64,000 nucleotides of DNA from Stegostoma tigrinum (Eukaryota), in assembly GCF_030684315.1 (NCBI RefSeq), contig NC_081362.1, forward strand, positions 96,703,187 to 96,767,186, given 5' to 3'. Shown here in pieces: positions 26,434 through 39,400 of the stretch; positions within the stretch are counted from its first letter, which is position 1, and the number at the start of each line of letters is the position of its first letter. The notes under the pieces were generated by a model, which was given only the letters and a program-made list of their open reading frames with translations, did no database searches and had not been told where the DNA came from. The position numbers and the translations under genes were made by a program.

Positions 26434-26563
26434 TGGTGATATTGAGCAGGCTTCCTCTCCCATAAATCCTTCCCCAGACTGAGCAATAATAGACCCCAGT
26501 GTCACTGGGCTGCACGTTTGTGATGGTCAGAATGAAGCTGTTACTGGAGGGGTCTCTGGAAGG
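26434..26563 (-). pseudogene. 3' half of a third germline VJ exon (V3), truncated by a LINE fragment
   Basis: PSRDPSSNSFILTITNVQPSDTGVYYCSVWGRIYGRGSLLNIT, donor A|gtgagt. The following intron (gtgagtagagtttacatgacaatc...) is homologous to the intron after V1. The 5' half is replaced by RT-derived sequence from about 26565. Confidence 0.88.
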
Positions 26564-26564
26564 C

Positions 26565-26820
26565 CAAGATGTTCCAGGACAGCTACAACATTGATATCTA
26601 TCTAACAATGTGTAAAACTGCTCAGGCATGTCCTGTACACAAAAAGCAGGACATATCCAACTCAGCCAGTTACTGCCCCTTCAGCCTACTCTCAATCATC
26701 AGTAAAGTGATAAATGGATTTATCAACAGAGCTATCCAGTGGCAGTCCAGCTGCAATAACCTGCAAGGCGATGCCCAATTTGGGTTCTGCCAGGGTCATT
26801 GAGATCCTCACCCTCACCAG
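26565..26820 (+). mobile_element. LINE RT fragment (CR1/L2-like) that truncates V3
   Basis: CPVHKKQDISNSASYCPFSLLSIISKV...DAQFGFCQGH. Confidence 0.85.
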
Positions 26821-26824
26821 GAAC

Positions 26825-26898
26825 TACAGCTGAGCAACAGAATGCCAGCTTTCCCCATAGTACAGCTGAGCAACAGAATGCCAGCTTTCCCCATAGTA
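26825..26898. repeat. Perfect 36-bp tandem duplication
   Basis: tacagctgagcaacagaatgccagctttccccatag x2, starting at 26825 and 26861. Confidence 0.95.
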
Positions 26899-27006
26899 CT
26901 TAACTCGTCAGTCCGTTTGTTTCAAACAGTGCCAAAGACCCACTGACAGGATTGATTATCATTAATGGAAATTATTAAACCGAAATCACATTTTAAACTT
27001 GCACTT

Positions 27007-27012
27007 TTTATT
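27007..27012 (-). terminator. Candidate polyadenylation signal (AATAAA) of the ZNF395-like gene
   Basis: tttatt on the plus strand in an AT-rich tract about 3.3 kb past the stop codon, followed by T-rich sequence on the minus strand. Confidence 0.35.
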
Positions 27013-27349
27013 TAAAATTAGGAAGTTTTATCAAAATACAAATTGTCACTTGGTATTACAAACTTTGAGCACGGCTACATAACTGTCAGCATTTCTCATC
27101 TTTCATTCTTCAGGACACAATTGCAAGAATACCAAACCTCAACAGGAATAACCATACATGCTACATAAAGAAAAGGGTTCTGATTGATTGGAGAGGGGGT
27201 CCTGATTGGGAAATACCTCTTCCCTTGTACATTCTGCAAGACCATGTACCAACCAATATGTTTACAATTAATGAAAGGCATTAACACTGCTTGGATAAGG
27301 CATTGCTATGGGAAATGCACCAAGGGATAGGTATCCCCCAAGTTTCTGT

Positions 27350-27790
27350 TAGATTGAAAAGGCATAATGTCTGAACAAATCCCTTTACCCTGCAGAGGAG
27401 CAGGCTGTGTGTATGTGATTACATATAGTTTCTAGCAAGGCTAAATGAGCCTCATTGGGACCCTGACTGGTAGCCTTGAATTGACTGTCTAATTTATAGT
27501 GCATCCTAGATTGTTCAGAATGTGTTGTCCAGTCATGGAATCACATCTAAGCTTGTTCACTATGTTCTGAGTTTCACACACATGTACTGGTTAGGCAGAC
27601 TCAGTTTTCTGCCTGTTACAATCAGCTGTTTGACCAGTCATTGTGTTGTAGATACCGCATACTAGTTTCACACTGGCACTAAAACTCTTGGGCCACGTTA
27701 TTCATTTATGGGACGGACAGAATGTCTCTTTGTCCTGTTAGTAGTGTGGGATCCACTCAAACACCCCAATCCAATCAGATTCTTTCTCCC
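27350..27790 (-). mobile_element. Old Penelope-like GIY-YIG remnant (second family) within the putative 3'UTR
   Basis: The minus strand reads as a degenerate EF.CQC...Y...T, then HL..LE.....P.LC. Confidence 0.5.
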
Positions 27791-30314
27791 TGAATCCCAG
27801 AGGAAAGACTGTGTCCAGGACCCCTCGGAGCTCTCTTGTTAGAGTCACTGATTTTTAAAGGCACTTGTGGGTTTTGTAGTCCACGGGATAGTAATTAGAA
27901 TTTATCTTTAACTTACAGACGGGTCTTAAATTCATTCTGTTCAAATTTCCAACTGTATAAATATAGAAAGCCATTTCAGCCTGGTAATGCTCATGACGCT
28001 ACTTAAATTCAGAAGGGGGTCTGAATGTACTTCCATCTTTCTCTATCAATCACTCACACCGTGTTTGAAATGCAAACTGCCTGAGTCCAGGTTGGCCCAG
28101 CAGCTGGAGGCATGGCTTGGGGGTTCAGGGAGCAGAGATGGCCATGTGGATGGGGCAGGGAGCAACTGAGGAACAGGATGGAATTCTGAAGAAGGCTCAC
28201 TGGACTCGAAACGTTAACTGTGTTTTCTCTCTCTCTCTCTCTCTGTCTCTCTCCCCCTCTCCCCACAGACAGTGTTGAGTCTCTCCAGGATTCTCTGTGC
28301 TTGTTTGAAGAGAGAAGGACAGTGGGAAAGAGAGATTCCTTAATTCAATCCATCACCCTGTTCCACTCCAGTAGTTAGCGCTGGTCTTGGGGTTGGGGGT
28401 GTCGAGGGGGGTTGTTTTGTTCAGATTCACTGTGTCAAGTGACGCACACAGTGAGAGGCTATGGGCACGACACAAAGCTGTAGATATGTAAATGTTAATC
28501 CCAGCTTTAACATATTAGTCTGGCTGATCAGGACAGGGTCTTATACATTTTCACATTCATTAGCGAGCACATTGAGATCACTGTGAGTGGCATGCGACAA
28601 GGGGAGAAGTGTAACTGCTCCCAGCACTGGGCAGTAACACCAGAACCAGGAAGATGATACTCAAAATATCAAGGTAACAGACCAGTGAGCACACAATGAT
28701 TTCCTCCTCACGAGCATGACAAGGCAGTAACTGGGCCCTGAGATGACAAAGGGAGATTCCACATTATTCTTAACTCTCAGGGACAAGGTGCTCTGATGAG
28801 AGGGACTCTAAAAGCAGCTTGAATCTTCCAGCTGGATTTTGGGGCTTACGAATGCAACTTCTCACTGCAGCCAATCTGGTTAAAGACTGAGGGTGCCAAG
28901 TAAAGAAGGAGGCCTCAAGCAGCAGAAACGCCAGGGCAAGCTGGACACAGGTGCACCTTAGCCTGAGGTCTCTCAGCAAGCAAGAAGCAGCTCCTGGGCT
29001 GACTGCCCCAGCCCAGACTCACAGGCTGGGCCAAGAGTCTAGGTCTGCAGCTAGGCCTGGGGGGCCTGAAGGAGCAGCCGCATCAGCTAAAAGGGATGGG
29101 CAGTGGCAGGGGAGGAAGGCCCCCAACAACCGATAACCAGTGACAACATCAGGAGGAGCATTGGATGGGAAGGAGGAGGAACTGAACCCACACATACCCA
29201 GGCCCAAGGCTCCAGCTCAGACATGGCAGTTGTGGGAGTGGCAGTGTTTGGGGCCTGTAACCCAGGTCCCAGAGCCCATGACAGAGACTCTAGCCGATGT
29301 CAAGCAGTGACTGGAGAAAGAGTGGAGGAGGAGCACGATGAAAAGAGAAAAAGAAAAGCTCTATTGCAGTAAAATCTTGAATGATATTCAGTGTTTCAAG
29401 ATGGTGCCAGGGTGGTGACACATTGTGTATAACATGTTAAAAAGGACTTTTCACTGTATTTTTATGAACATGTGACAATAAATCTAAACCTAGTGTTAGC
29501 AAAGAGGACTCGGCAGTGTGGACAAGGCTCTTTCTGCTGTTGTCCTTTGCAGTGCGAACATTAATGCCAGCTTGTCCATCAGGTTGGTGATCCTCCCACT
29601 CTCTTCAATCTAGTCCCTCGCAGGGAGTTACAGTGAGATTGATCCAGATCATTATAAACATCGAGGGCTGTCATTAATCACTCAGTCTCTGAAACATCAG
29701 TGAGGTTCAAAACTCATACACATGGAGTTTTGGAAGAAGCTTTAGTGACATCACTTGAAGTTTGGCTGTTCTGCTCCTTTCTCTCCAATCCCTGAGAATT
29801 CCTGTTGAAGGAGAAACAATGACCAGTGACAGATGGTCCATCCCAACTGGAAAAACAAAGTGATCAAATCCAGAAGCATTGCATTTTTGGGGAGAGCTGT
29901 GTCTGAAATTCTGGAATGTCTGTGTTCTGGGAGCAGATCTGCCCTGTCCCAGTCGAGGTCGGTAGTTTGAATGTGGTTCCTGTCAAAGCTGGGACAAGCC
30001 TGTAGCTCTGAGTCCCAGGCTCTAAGAGACACAGTCCATCAGAACATTCCTGTCAATCTCTTGACTCCAATCTGGAGAATAACTGGTCCAAAATACAGAG
30101 ACAGTTTCCGCCCCTCTGGCCACAGTCTGAGAGGAGATGGAACCTCAACTGCGGGCTCCAAGTCTACTGCCCAACATTCACCAATGTCAGCCCTTTGTTC
30201 TGCGATGAATTCATCCTGTCCCAATGCTGAGGACAATGAGCTGACAGATATAAAGACCACAAGAAGGGGGCGATACTGGGGCCCTCTCTGTTCCCACAGT
30301 AACAGCTAGTTGAA

Positions 30315-30426
30315 TCAGTCATGGAAACGTTGACAAGCTTTTTTCCAACGGCACGCTGTACACCACTGGCTTCGATTCTCCACACCATACACTTTACGGC
30401 ATTTCTTAGCTTCTCCACGGACTTTC
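30315..30426 (-). CDS. ZNF395-like: ZNF395-like terminal coding exon (C-clamp/CR3 DNA-binding domain)
   Basis: tttcacag|[36 protein letters not shown]. Confidence 0.96.
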
Positions 30427-33400
30427 CTGTGAAATAAACACACAGTTAGTGCAGTGAGCGGACTGTCTCTGCGAGGAACGACGTATTCTCAGTCTCAGTG
30501 CTGTGCCCTCCCTTCACTCACCTTGGCCCAATGAGGCTAGGCATTGTAGAGGCAAAAACAGCATGGGGCTTCAACAGGGTCACTTGTGGCTGGACAGAGC
30601 AATCACCAAATGTGAAGGCGCATCTGTAATCGGGAGAGATCTGCAATAGAAATAGCCAACAGTGACCACCTGATGGCAGCAGGCTTTCACCATCCACTCT
30701 CACTGAGACTCTCACTGACTACTCACTGACACCATCACTGACCTCCCACTGACACTGTCACTGACTGCTCACTGTCCTCTCACTGTCCACTCTCACTGAG
30801 ACCATCACTGACCAGACTCACTGAGATGTCACTGACACTGTCACTGACTGCTCACTGTCCTCTCACTGTCCACTCTCACTGAGACCGTCACTGACCAGAC
30901 TCACTGAGATGTCACTGACACTGTCACTGACTGCTCACTGTCCTCTCACTGTCCACTCTCACTGAGACCGTCACTGACTACTTACTAAATTAAAACCAAA
31001 AGAACAGCAGATGCTGTAAATCAGGAACAAAAACAAAGTCGCTGAAAAAGCTCAGCATCTGTGAAGAAAAAAATCAGAGGTAACACTGCGGGTCCAGTGA
31101 CCCTTCCTCAGAAATCACTGACCACTCACTGCTCACTTCTATAGTCTCTGCTTTGTCCCATTGACTCTGTCCTCAAGTTAAAGGTATTAATTGTTTGGAA
31201 TTTGTCCCCCTCACATGAATGCTTCCTGGTTGTGCAGTGAGTGGGTCTTACAAGCAGCTTCTGACCCTCGGGGCTTGTGCGTGTACCTGGTAGGTGTGGT
31301 CAACACAGACTTGCCACAGGCAGCTGGGAGCAGATTGACTGAGGGGTCCCGGGAGCTGGTATTCAGAGGTGCCTCTCTGTGATGGGGTGATGGAGACCTT
31401 CTGGTCCTGGAATACAGCAGGTGGAGTCACGCAGCAACGTGTGTTCGCAGTGTCTGGGCTCTGTTCCTCATTCACTGAGATCTCAGTATAATAGAAATCC
31501 TCTTCTCCATCGCTCTGCTCACCATCACCACGCCTATTAGAATCAACCACAAAACATTAGGGCCATTACAGCAAACTCAGCTCCCAATCTGCACCGTACC
31601 CCAAACACACTTGCTGTCCCCACCCCCCGCCCTCCCTGCCCTCGCCATCCCCTCTCCATCCCCATCACCTCCCCACTTTGAGCAACACTCTCTCCTTCAC
31701 TTTCAATCCTCCGCCATACCAAATCTCCACCACCCCTGTCCTGGGGGTGGGGTTGGGGAGGGCGGAAGGTGGAAGGTTTTGAGACACTGAGGGAATTGCC
31801 CTCTTCTCTCCCACCTATCCCTAAATAGTTAGCTCAAACTCCACCTGCAAGATGAGGCTATCTGACTACAAGGTGCTTCAGGCCCTGTCCCTGCTCAATA
31901 TCACAGAGTGAGGCAGTAATTTCAGCCCAATTTTCCATGTTGGCTCTTTGTAAGAATAATCCAATCAGACCCCTCAACCCCTCTGCTCAACCCTAAATGA
32001 TCAATCCTAGTCCGCCTCCAAATCCCTTTTTAAAATTTTTGAGTCAATGTACTTCCCACGGCCTCCAGCTCCAGATTCCAATACTCCCTTAAACATCATG
32101 TCTCAGCCAAACATTCCTCTCCTTCCCCTCTGAATCCACGGCTGAGTACTTTACTTCTGTGTCACTCTGGTTAACAGTCCTCCTGCCACATTCTCAAAAC
32201 AATGGAAAGGTTACAAAACAGAAGGCTGCCATTCGATCCATCATGTGCATGCTGGCTCTGTAGAGGCACAGCTCGGATAGTCTCTCTTCTCAATTCCCTG
32301 GCCTTTCCCCTTCTCCCTGCAAATCTTCTTTTGATTATGAAAGATTCTATCACACACTTGGTCACAGCCCGTCAGGTGTCAACCGCTCACCGTGTGAACA
32401 TTTTATTCACTGTGTCACCATTGTTTCTTTCGCCTGTTACCTTTAACTGGGACCCTCTGACCCTCAAACTTTCTGTACACACAAAAAATCTCTTTGCCCT
32501 CAATTTGTCCTCAGTCTGGACCCCTAAGAAGTTTGAACACCTCAATCAAATCTCCCTCTCAATCTTCCTGTCTGCAGAAAAAACAGTCCCCATTTATCTG
32601 CTCCATCTCCATCAGGAAGTGCCTCATTCTTTGTGTCATTAAATCACACCTGCAAGGAATTCACATTCGTCCTAAAGAGTGGCCCACTGGACTGTACCCA
32701 GTCCTCCCCCGAAACTAAAATAATGTTTGTTAAGGACTCACAGTAACATCCCTGATTTTTAACCTACACCTCTATGAACAGAGCCCAGGATTCTGTAAGC
32801 TTCATTAGAGTTCCTATCACATTATGACACATCCTCACCAATTTCTGCACATGTCCACCCAGCTCTCTGCCCTCCTTTAAAACTGTTTACACTGTTTACA
32901 AAGGGCGACATCACCTGATGAAGAGGCAGCACTCCGAAAGCTTGCGATTTCACAATATAACTTGGTGTCATTACTTCTGATGATTGTTTACACCATAATA
33001 TCTTTCTACTATTTTCAACATTGGTCAAATCTCACATTAATCCAACCTACTCTGCTCTGAGGTAAAAAAACCTCCAACATTCTCACATCTCTGTTATCGC
33101 TGACATCAAACACTTTGACATAATTCACAACCAAGAACCATCATCAAAGACACTGCCTGCCCTCATCCTCAGCTGACTGAAAACAATGCAATAACTGTCT
33201 ACACCACATGGGGGCAGAGACAGACTACAATTGAATTGACCTGATGGTTTGAACAAGACAGACTAAACTCTCAGAGAAATTGCAGAGAGAGCTTCACTCT
33301 GTATCTAACCCTGTGCTGTCCTTGTCCTGGGAATGTTTGATGGGAACGGTGTGGAAAAAGCTCTACTCAGTATCTAACCCTTGGTTCTATGCTTCATATT

Positions 33401-36400
33401 ACAAGGGGACTTATTCCCATTGCCCACAGTCTCTCTTGCCCACACGATCACCCCTTCCTGTGGTCTCCCCAGTTACCCCAGCCCCCCGTTGGACTCCAGC
33501 TCCTACCCGAGATGCACGGTCCGGATGTGCCTGCGGATTCCGGCTGGTGAGGAGAGCAGTTTCTGGCAGAGAGGCCACATGCAGCGATACAGGAGCTTCA
33601 TGGAGTTCTGTGGGAGATAGAGGGCAAAGGAGAGAGAGAGGGAGAGAGTGGGGGAAGCAGGTGGATGGAGAAAGAGGGGATACAGACACAGAGCAATGAA
33701 TTTGACGGAAAGAATTTCCATCATCACAGAATTCCCCCACCCCCTCAACCCACACTGAGGCTGCCCCCATTAGTCTGTCTCCCCATCCACTATCAGCCAC
33801 TCTCCCCAATCTCCATTTCATCCCTCTCCCCAACCCCCATTGCTCCCTGTCTCCTCACATCCCCACCCTGTTGGTCCATTCCTCTCCTGAACACCCCCCA
33901 ACCCTGTGGCAGTGGTAACCAGAGCTCAGTCTTCCCAGGGGAGGGGCTGGTGCCCAGGGTAAATGGTAAACGTGGCATTTTTATTCACAAGAGGTTGTAA
34001 ACACCAGCCCAGCAATTACAGAGCAGTTAATTTAACTGTGATGGAAGGGAACATCTAGCAATATTTATATGGGATAGAATCAATAGGATTTGTTTGGGCG
34101 CAGACGCATTGCCCATAACAAGCTCTGCTTGTAAATATTTAATGGGCTCCAGTGTGTTTTACTGGTGATGGCTAGTGCTTAAAAATGACAAAAAAGTGTC
34201 CTGGTGATGTTACTGGTGGGAAAGTCATGTGGTAGCTTCTGGGTATAAATAAAAAGAGAAAATAAAATTAGCATGGAGTTGGCAACTTGCTGGAAGTTTT
34301 TTTTTTGAAGGGTTAACGGAAAGAGTTAATGAGAGAAATATTCGACATAAATTTCCGGAAGGTTTTTGATGCAGGACCACGCAACAGACTGGTGAGGAAG
34401 GTTACAGCTCATGGTATAGAAGGGGCAGCAGCAACACAGGCACAAAACTGTCTGAGTGACTGGAAGCCGAGATTAATGAGCAATGGATATTTGTCGGGCT
34501 GGAGGAATGTTTGTCGTGGAGATCCCCCCAGGGACCAAGCTTAGGATCCTTGCTTCTCCTGGTATATATTACTGACCAGGATATTGGTTAGCAGTGACAG
34601 TTTCAAAGTTTACAGATGATACAAAACAGGGAAGATTTATAAACTGTGAGGAGGAGAGTGTGGAACTCCAAAAGGACATTGACAGGCTTGTGGGGTGGGG
34701 GGAGGGGGCCAGATGAGGTTCAACATTAAGGAGTGTCAGGTGATGCATTTTGGTAAAAGGACATGGAGAAACAATATAAAATAAAGGTGCCCAGGAGCAG
34801 AAAGACCTAGGTGTGTACATGCACAGACAAGTGGAGAGAACTGTTAATAAAACATACAACATTAATAAGCAGGGCTGAGAACACAAGAGCAAGAAGGTTG
34901 TGATGAATTTATATGAGACACAAGTTAGATCTCAGCAGAAATATTGTGTACATACCTGGGGGCTGTGCCACAGGAATGTTCGTATCTTGGGGGTGAGTCC
35001 ATGCCTAGAACATTGTGAACAGTTTTGATCTCCTTAGCTAAGGAGGATTTTTTGGTGATGGGGTGACAGCAGCAAGTTTCCCAGACTGGTGGGGGAGTCC
35101 AAAACTAAGGGTTACTATGTAATCATAAGGGTTAGGCTATTTAGGGCTGGGATGAGGAGAAATATTCTGAGAAAAAGTCACTGGACCCAAAACATTAACT
35201 CTAGTTTTTCTCCACAGATGCCGTCAGACCTACTGAGCTTTCCAGAGAACATAGAATATAGAACACTACATGGCAATACAAGCCCTACGGCCCTCGATGT
35301 TGCGCCAACCTGTGAAACCAATTTGAAGCCCATCTAACCTACACTATTCCGTTATTATCCATGTGTTTACCCAATGGCCATCTAAATGCCCTTAAAGTTG
35401 GCGAGTCTCCTACTGTTGCAGGCAGGGCATTCCATGACCTTGCTACTCTCTGAGTAAAGATTTTCCAGCAATTTCTGTTTTTGTTTCTGATTTCCAGAAG
35501 CTGTAGTTCTTTGGGTTTTTATGAGAAGAAATATCTTCACCCAGGGAGTGGGCAGCCAATGGAATTCTCTGCCATTGAAAGCAGTTGAGACTAAATTGAA
35601 TATTTTCAAGGAGTTACATATAGTCTTAGAGAGAAAGGGATCAAATGGTATGGGGTTAGAGGGTTGGATTTTAGGTGATTGAGTTTGATGATTAGTTATG
35701 ATCATACTGAACCGCTGAGGAAGCTTGAAGGGCCAAATGGCCTACCCCTGCTGCTTTTTTTGATGCTGCTGTGTTTCTATGGAATTGGAAAAGCGCAGAA
35801 GAGGCCTATGAGAATCGGTTCAAAGATAAGATACTTCAGTGATGAGGATAAATTGGAGAAAAGGAGATTTGATTGAAGTTTAATATGAACAAACTAGATG
35901 AAGGCACTGGGGGAATTGTTGTTCAGTTTGTAGATGACACAACGATAGGTGGAGGGCCAGGTCATAATGAGGGAGTGGGGAATCTGCAGGAGGACTTGGA
36001 CGGGCCGGGAGAGTGGGCAAAGAAGTGGCAGATAGAATACAATGTGGAAAAGTGCATGGTTATGCATTTTGGGAGGAAGAATAGAGGCATAGACTATTTT
36101 TTTAAATGGGGAAAGGTTTCGGCAATCTGAAGCACAAAGAGATTTGGGATTTTCTTAAGGTTAACTTGCAGGTTCAGTTGGCACTTGGCAAGGCAAATGC
36201 AACGTTAGCATTCATTTCACAAGGGCTAGATACAAGAGCAGAGATCTACTGCTGAGGCTGTACAAGGCACTGATCAGATTGCATTTGGAATATTCTGAGG
36301 TATTTTGGGCCTCATAAGGAAGGATGTCCTGGCTTTGGAGGCAGCCCAGAGGAGGTTTATGCAAATGATCCTGTGGGTGAAGAGAATGTCATATGAAGAG

Positions 36401-39400
36401 TGATTGAGGACTCTGGGTCCAAAAGGATGAGGTGGGGGGGGTCTGGTTGAAACTTATAGACTACAGACAGGTCTGGATAGAGTAGACATGAAGAAGATTT
36501 TTCCACAAGTAGGGTGACCCAAGGCCACACTCTGAGTGAAGGGATGACCCTTTAGAACTGAGATGAGGAGGAATTTCTTCAGCCAGAGGGTGGGGAATCC
36601 GTGGGACTCATTGCTGCAGAGGGTTGTGGAGGCCAAGTCATTGAGTATATTTAAGACAGATAGCTTCCTGTTTAGCGAGGGATCAATGGTTATGGGGAGA
36701 ATGGAGGGTAATAGGGTTGACAAACATATCAGTCATGATCGAATGGCAGAGCCGACCTGATTGGCTGAATGGCCTAATTCTGCTCCAATGTCTGATGGTT
36801 TTTGTGGCCTTTTCAAAACGGTGAGGAATCTGGGCAGAGTGGGTGGGGAGAAAATGTTCCCATTCAACAGTGGATCAAGAACCAGAGAGCACAGTTTTAA
36901 AATATTTGGTAAAAGAAGCATGCGTGATGTGAGAAACAATCATTTTCGAGTAGCTAGAGTATGGGATGGACAGTCTGGGAATGTGATGGACAATGGTCCA
37001 ATTGAGGTATTGGACGGTTACTAAAATAGAAATTGTACAGGGTTTTGGGGAATGGTCACAGGAGGTCAAATGTTCAGGGATCCAGTACTGCTGTCTCCCT
37101 TTCGCCCCAACCCACCCACAGGTTTATCTATATGACCGCCCCCCCCTCCCCCACCAATTCCCATTCCCTCCCCCACTCCCTCCACAGATCTGCCTCTGTT
37201 ACACCCACCCACATCCCTCCCCAACTCCCTCGACAGGCCGGTCTCCATTCCACATCCCCCCTCCACTCCCCACCCACCTCCATTCCCCAACACTCACCTT
37301 CCGTTTGCGAGCTGTCGGTTCCTCAAGCAGCAGCGGCTGTGAGTCGTGTCTTTCGGTGCTGTCTTCTCCCTGGGCTATCCCAGTCGACTGGCTGAGTGGC
37401 GGTGTGGAGGGTGAGGGGGTCTCACTGCCCCAGCTCCACATGCCACTGCTCCCACTTCTGAACTCACTCCCCGAATCAGCTAATCCTGACACAGGGACCA
37501 AACAGACAAGAAAGTTCACTCACTCACTGCTGACCTCCCTGCCCCCAGTACAATGTGTCTGGATTCACAGATTTGAGTGTATCCCAGATATTTATACTGC
37601 GTGCAGGAAAGCTGGTACAAGCTGATAACCTTTCAACTCATCAGAGAGAGCTACAGTGTCCTGCCCTGGCTCGGTATGGTGGGTACACAGTACCCCAGTG
37701 AGCCCATTAGGACACAGCCTTATCTTGCTGGCGCTCTGTAGACACTGATTAGATTAGATTAGATTCCCTACAGTGTGAAAACAGGTCCTTCGGCCCAACA
37801 GGTCAACATTGCCCCTTGGAGCATCCCACCCAGACCCATCCCCCTATAACCCACACACCCCTGAACACTACAGGCAATTTACCATGGCCAATCCACCTAA
37901 CCTACACATCTTTGGACTGTGGGAGGAAACCGGAGCACCCGGAGGAAACCCACACAGACACGTGCAAACTCTGCACAAACAGTTACCTGAGGCTGGAATC
38001 GAACCTGGGTCCCTGGCGCTGTGAGGCTGCAGTGCTAACCACTGAGCCACTGTGTGCTCCACTGGCGCTCTAACCTGGCATGTTGCTGCTGTGCAGGGGA
38101 CTGTTGACCAATGGACTGGACGACAAGCTGGTCAGTACCATGGCTGCCATGATTTCATCCATATCAACCACTCCCGAGGCCCTGAATGAGATGGCAGGAA
38201 TGAGTTAGTCACTGATATCGAACAGGAGCTTTCCACATTCACATCCACAAACATCCACTCCTTCCATCACTGATGCTTAGCAGATACGCAAGATACACTG
38301 CAGAAATTCACCAAAGATCCTCAGACAGCACCTACCAAACCCATCTCCACTTCTATCTGGAAGGACAAGGGCAGCAGATACATGGGAACACTAACCCCCT
38401 GCAAGTTCCCCTCCAAACCACTCACCGTCCAGATTGGGATACACACCACAGTTCCTTCACTGAGTTAAATCCTGGAATTTCACCCTCAACAAGGGCATTG
38501 TGGGTTCGCCCCAGCACATGGACTGCAGTGGTTTAAGAAGGCAGTTCACCACCCACTTCTCAAGGGGCACAAATACTGGCCCAGACAGCGACGAATATGT
38601 CCCATGAACTTTTATTTTAAAAAAGCAATCTCTTTCTAGGTGGGCTGAATGGCCTACTTCCCCTCCATTAATTATATGGTCTTATAATAGGGCCCAGAAT
38701 TAACCAGTGTAGACAAACAGGAGGCTGGAAGAACACAGCAGGCCAGGCAGCACCTGCAGGAAAGGAGAAGTCAATGTTTGGGTATTACCTTTCTTCAGGA
38801 TTGGATGTGAGGGTAGGGGGAGGTGCAGGTAAACAGAATGGTGGGGACAGGTGGACACCAGTTCTTCAAATTTGCATTCGGAATCGGTGACACTGCAGGA
38901 GGCCAAAGATAGAGATGTCAGACGGGGAGTGGAGGGTGGGTTGAAATGGGCAGCAACTGGAAGGTTAGGCTGGCCGTTTCAGGCTAATAGAAGATGTTTG
39001 GCAAAACAGTCACCTCCCCTACATTTGGTCTCACCGATGTAGAGAAGACCACATTGGGAGCACCAGACGCAGTAGACTAGGTTGGAGGAGTTGTAGGTGA
39101 AGCACTGTCTTTATGGCACAAACTAAGCAATTGTGAAGGGAACGGTCCTTACGGAAGCCAGAGAAAGGTGGAGAGTAGAAGATGTTCTGGGTGGTGGGGT
39201 CTAATTGGAGTTGGTGGAAGTGTTTGAGGATAATGCATTGGATGCAGAGGTTGCTGGGGTGGAAAACAAGGAGAAGGGAGACCATATTTTCATTATGTTT
39301 GCGGGGGATGTTTACAGCTGTGGAGCAGGGAATAGAAGAGGTGCAGTGGAGGGCTGTCTGAATGACAGAGAGGGGAAATGAACATTGTTTCAAATAGGAG

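Noticed and set aside
28770-29490. GC-rich ORFs in the putative ZNF395-like 3'UTR
   Set aside because: The stretch ends in a LINE2-like catgtgacaataaa tail and is most likely a repeat; no coding signature.
37745-38060. tRNA gene
   Set aside because: The A/B boxes belong to a tRNA-derived SINE head; there is no complete cloverleaf.
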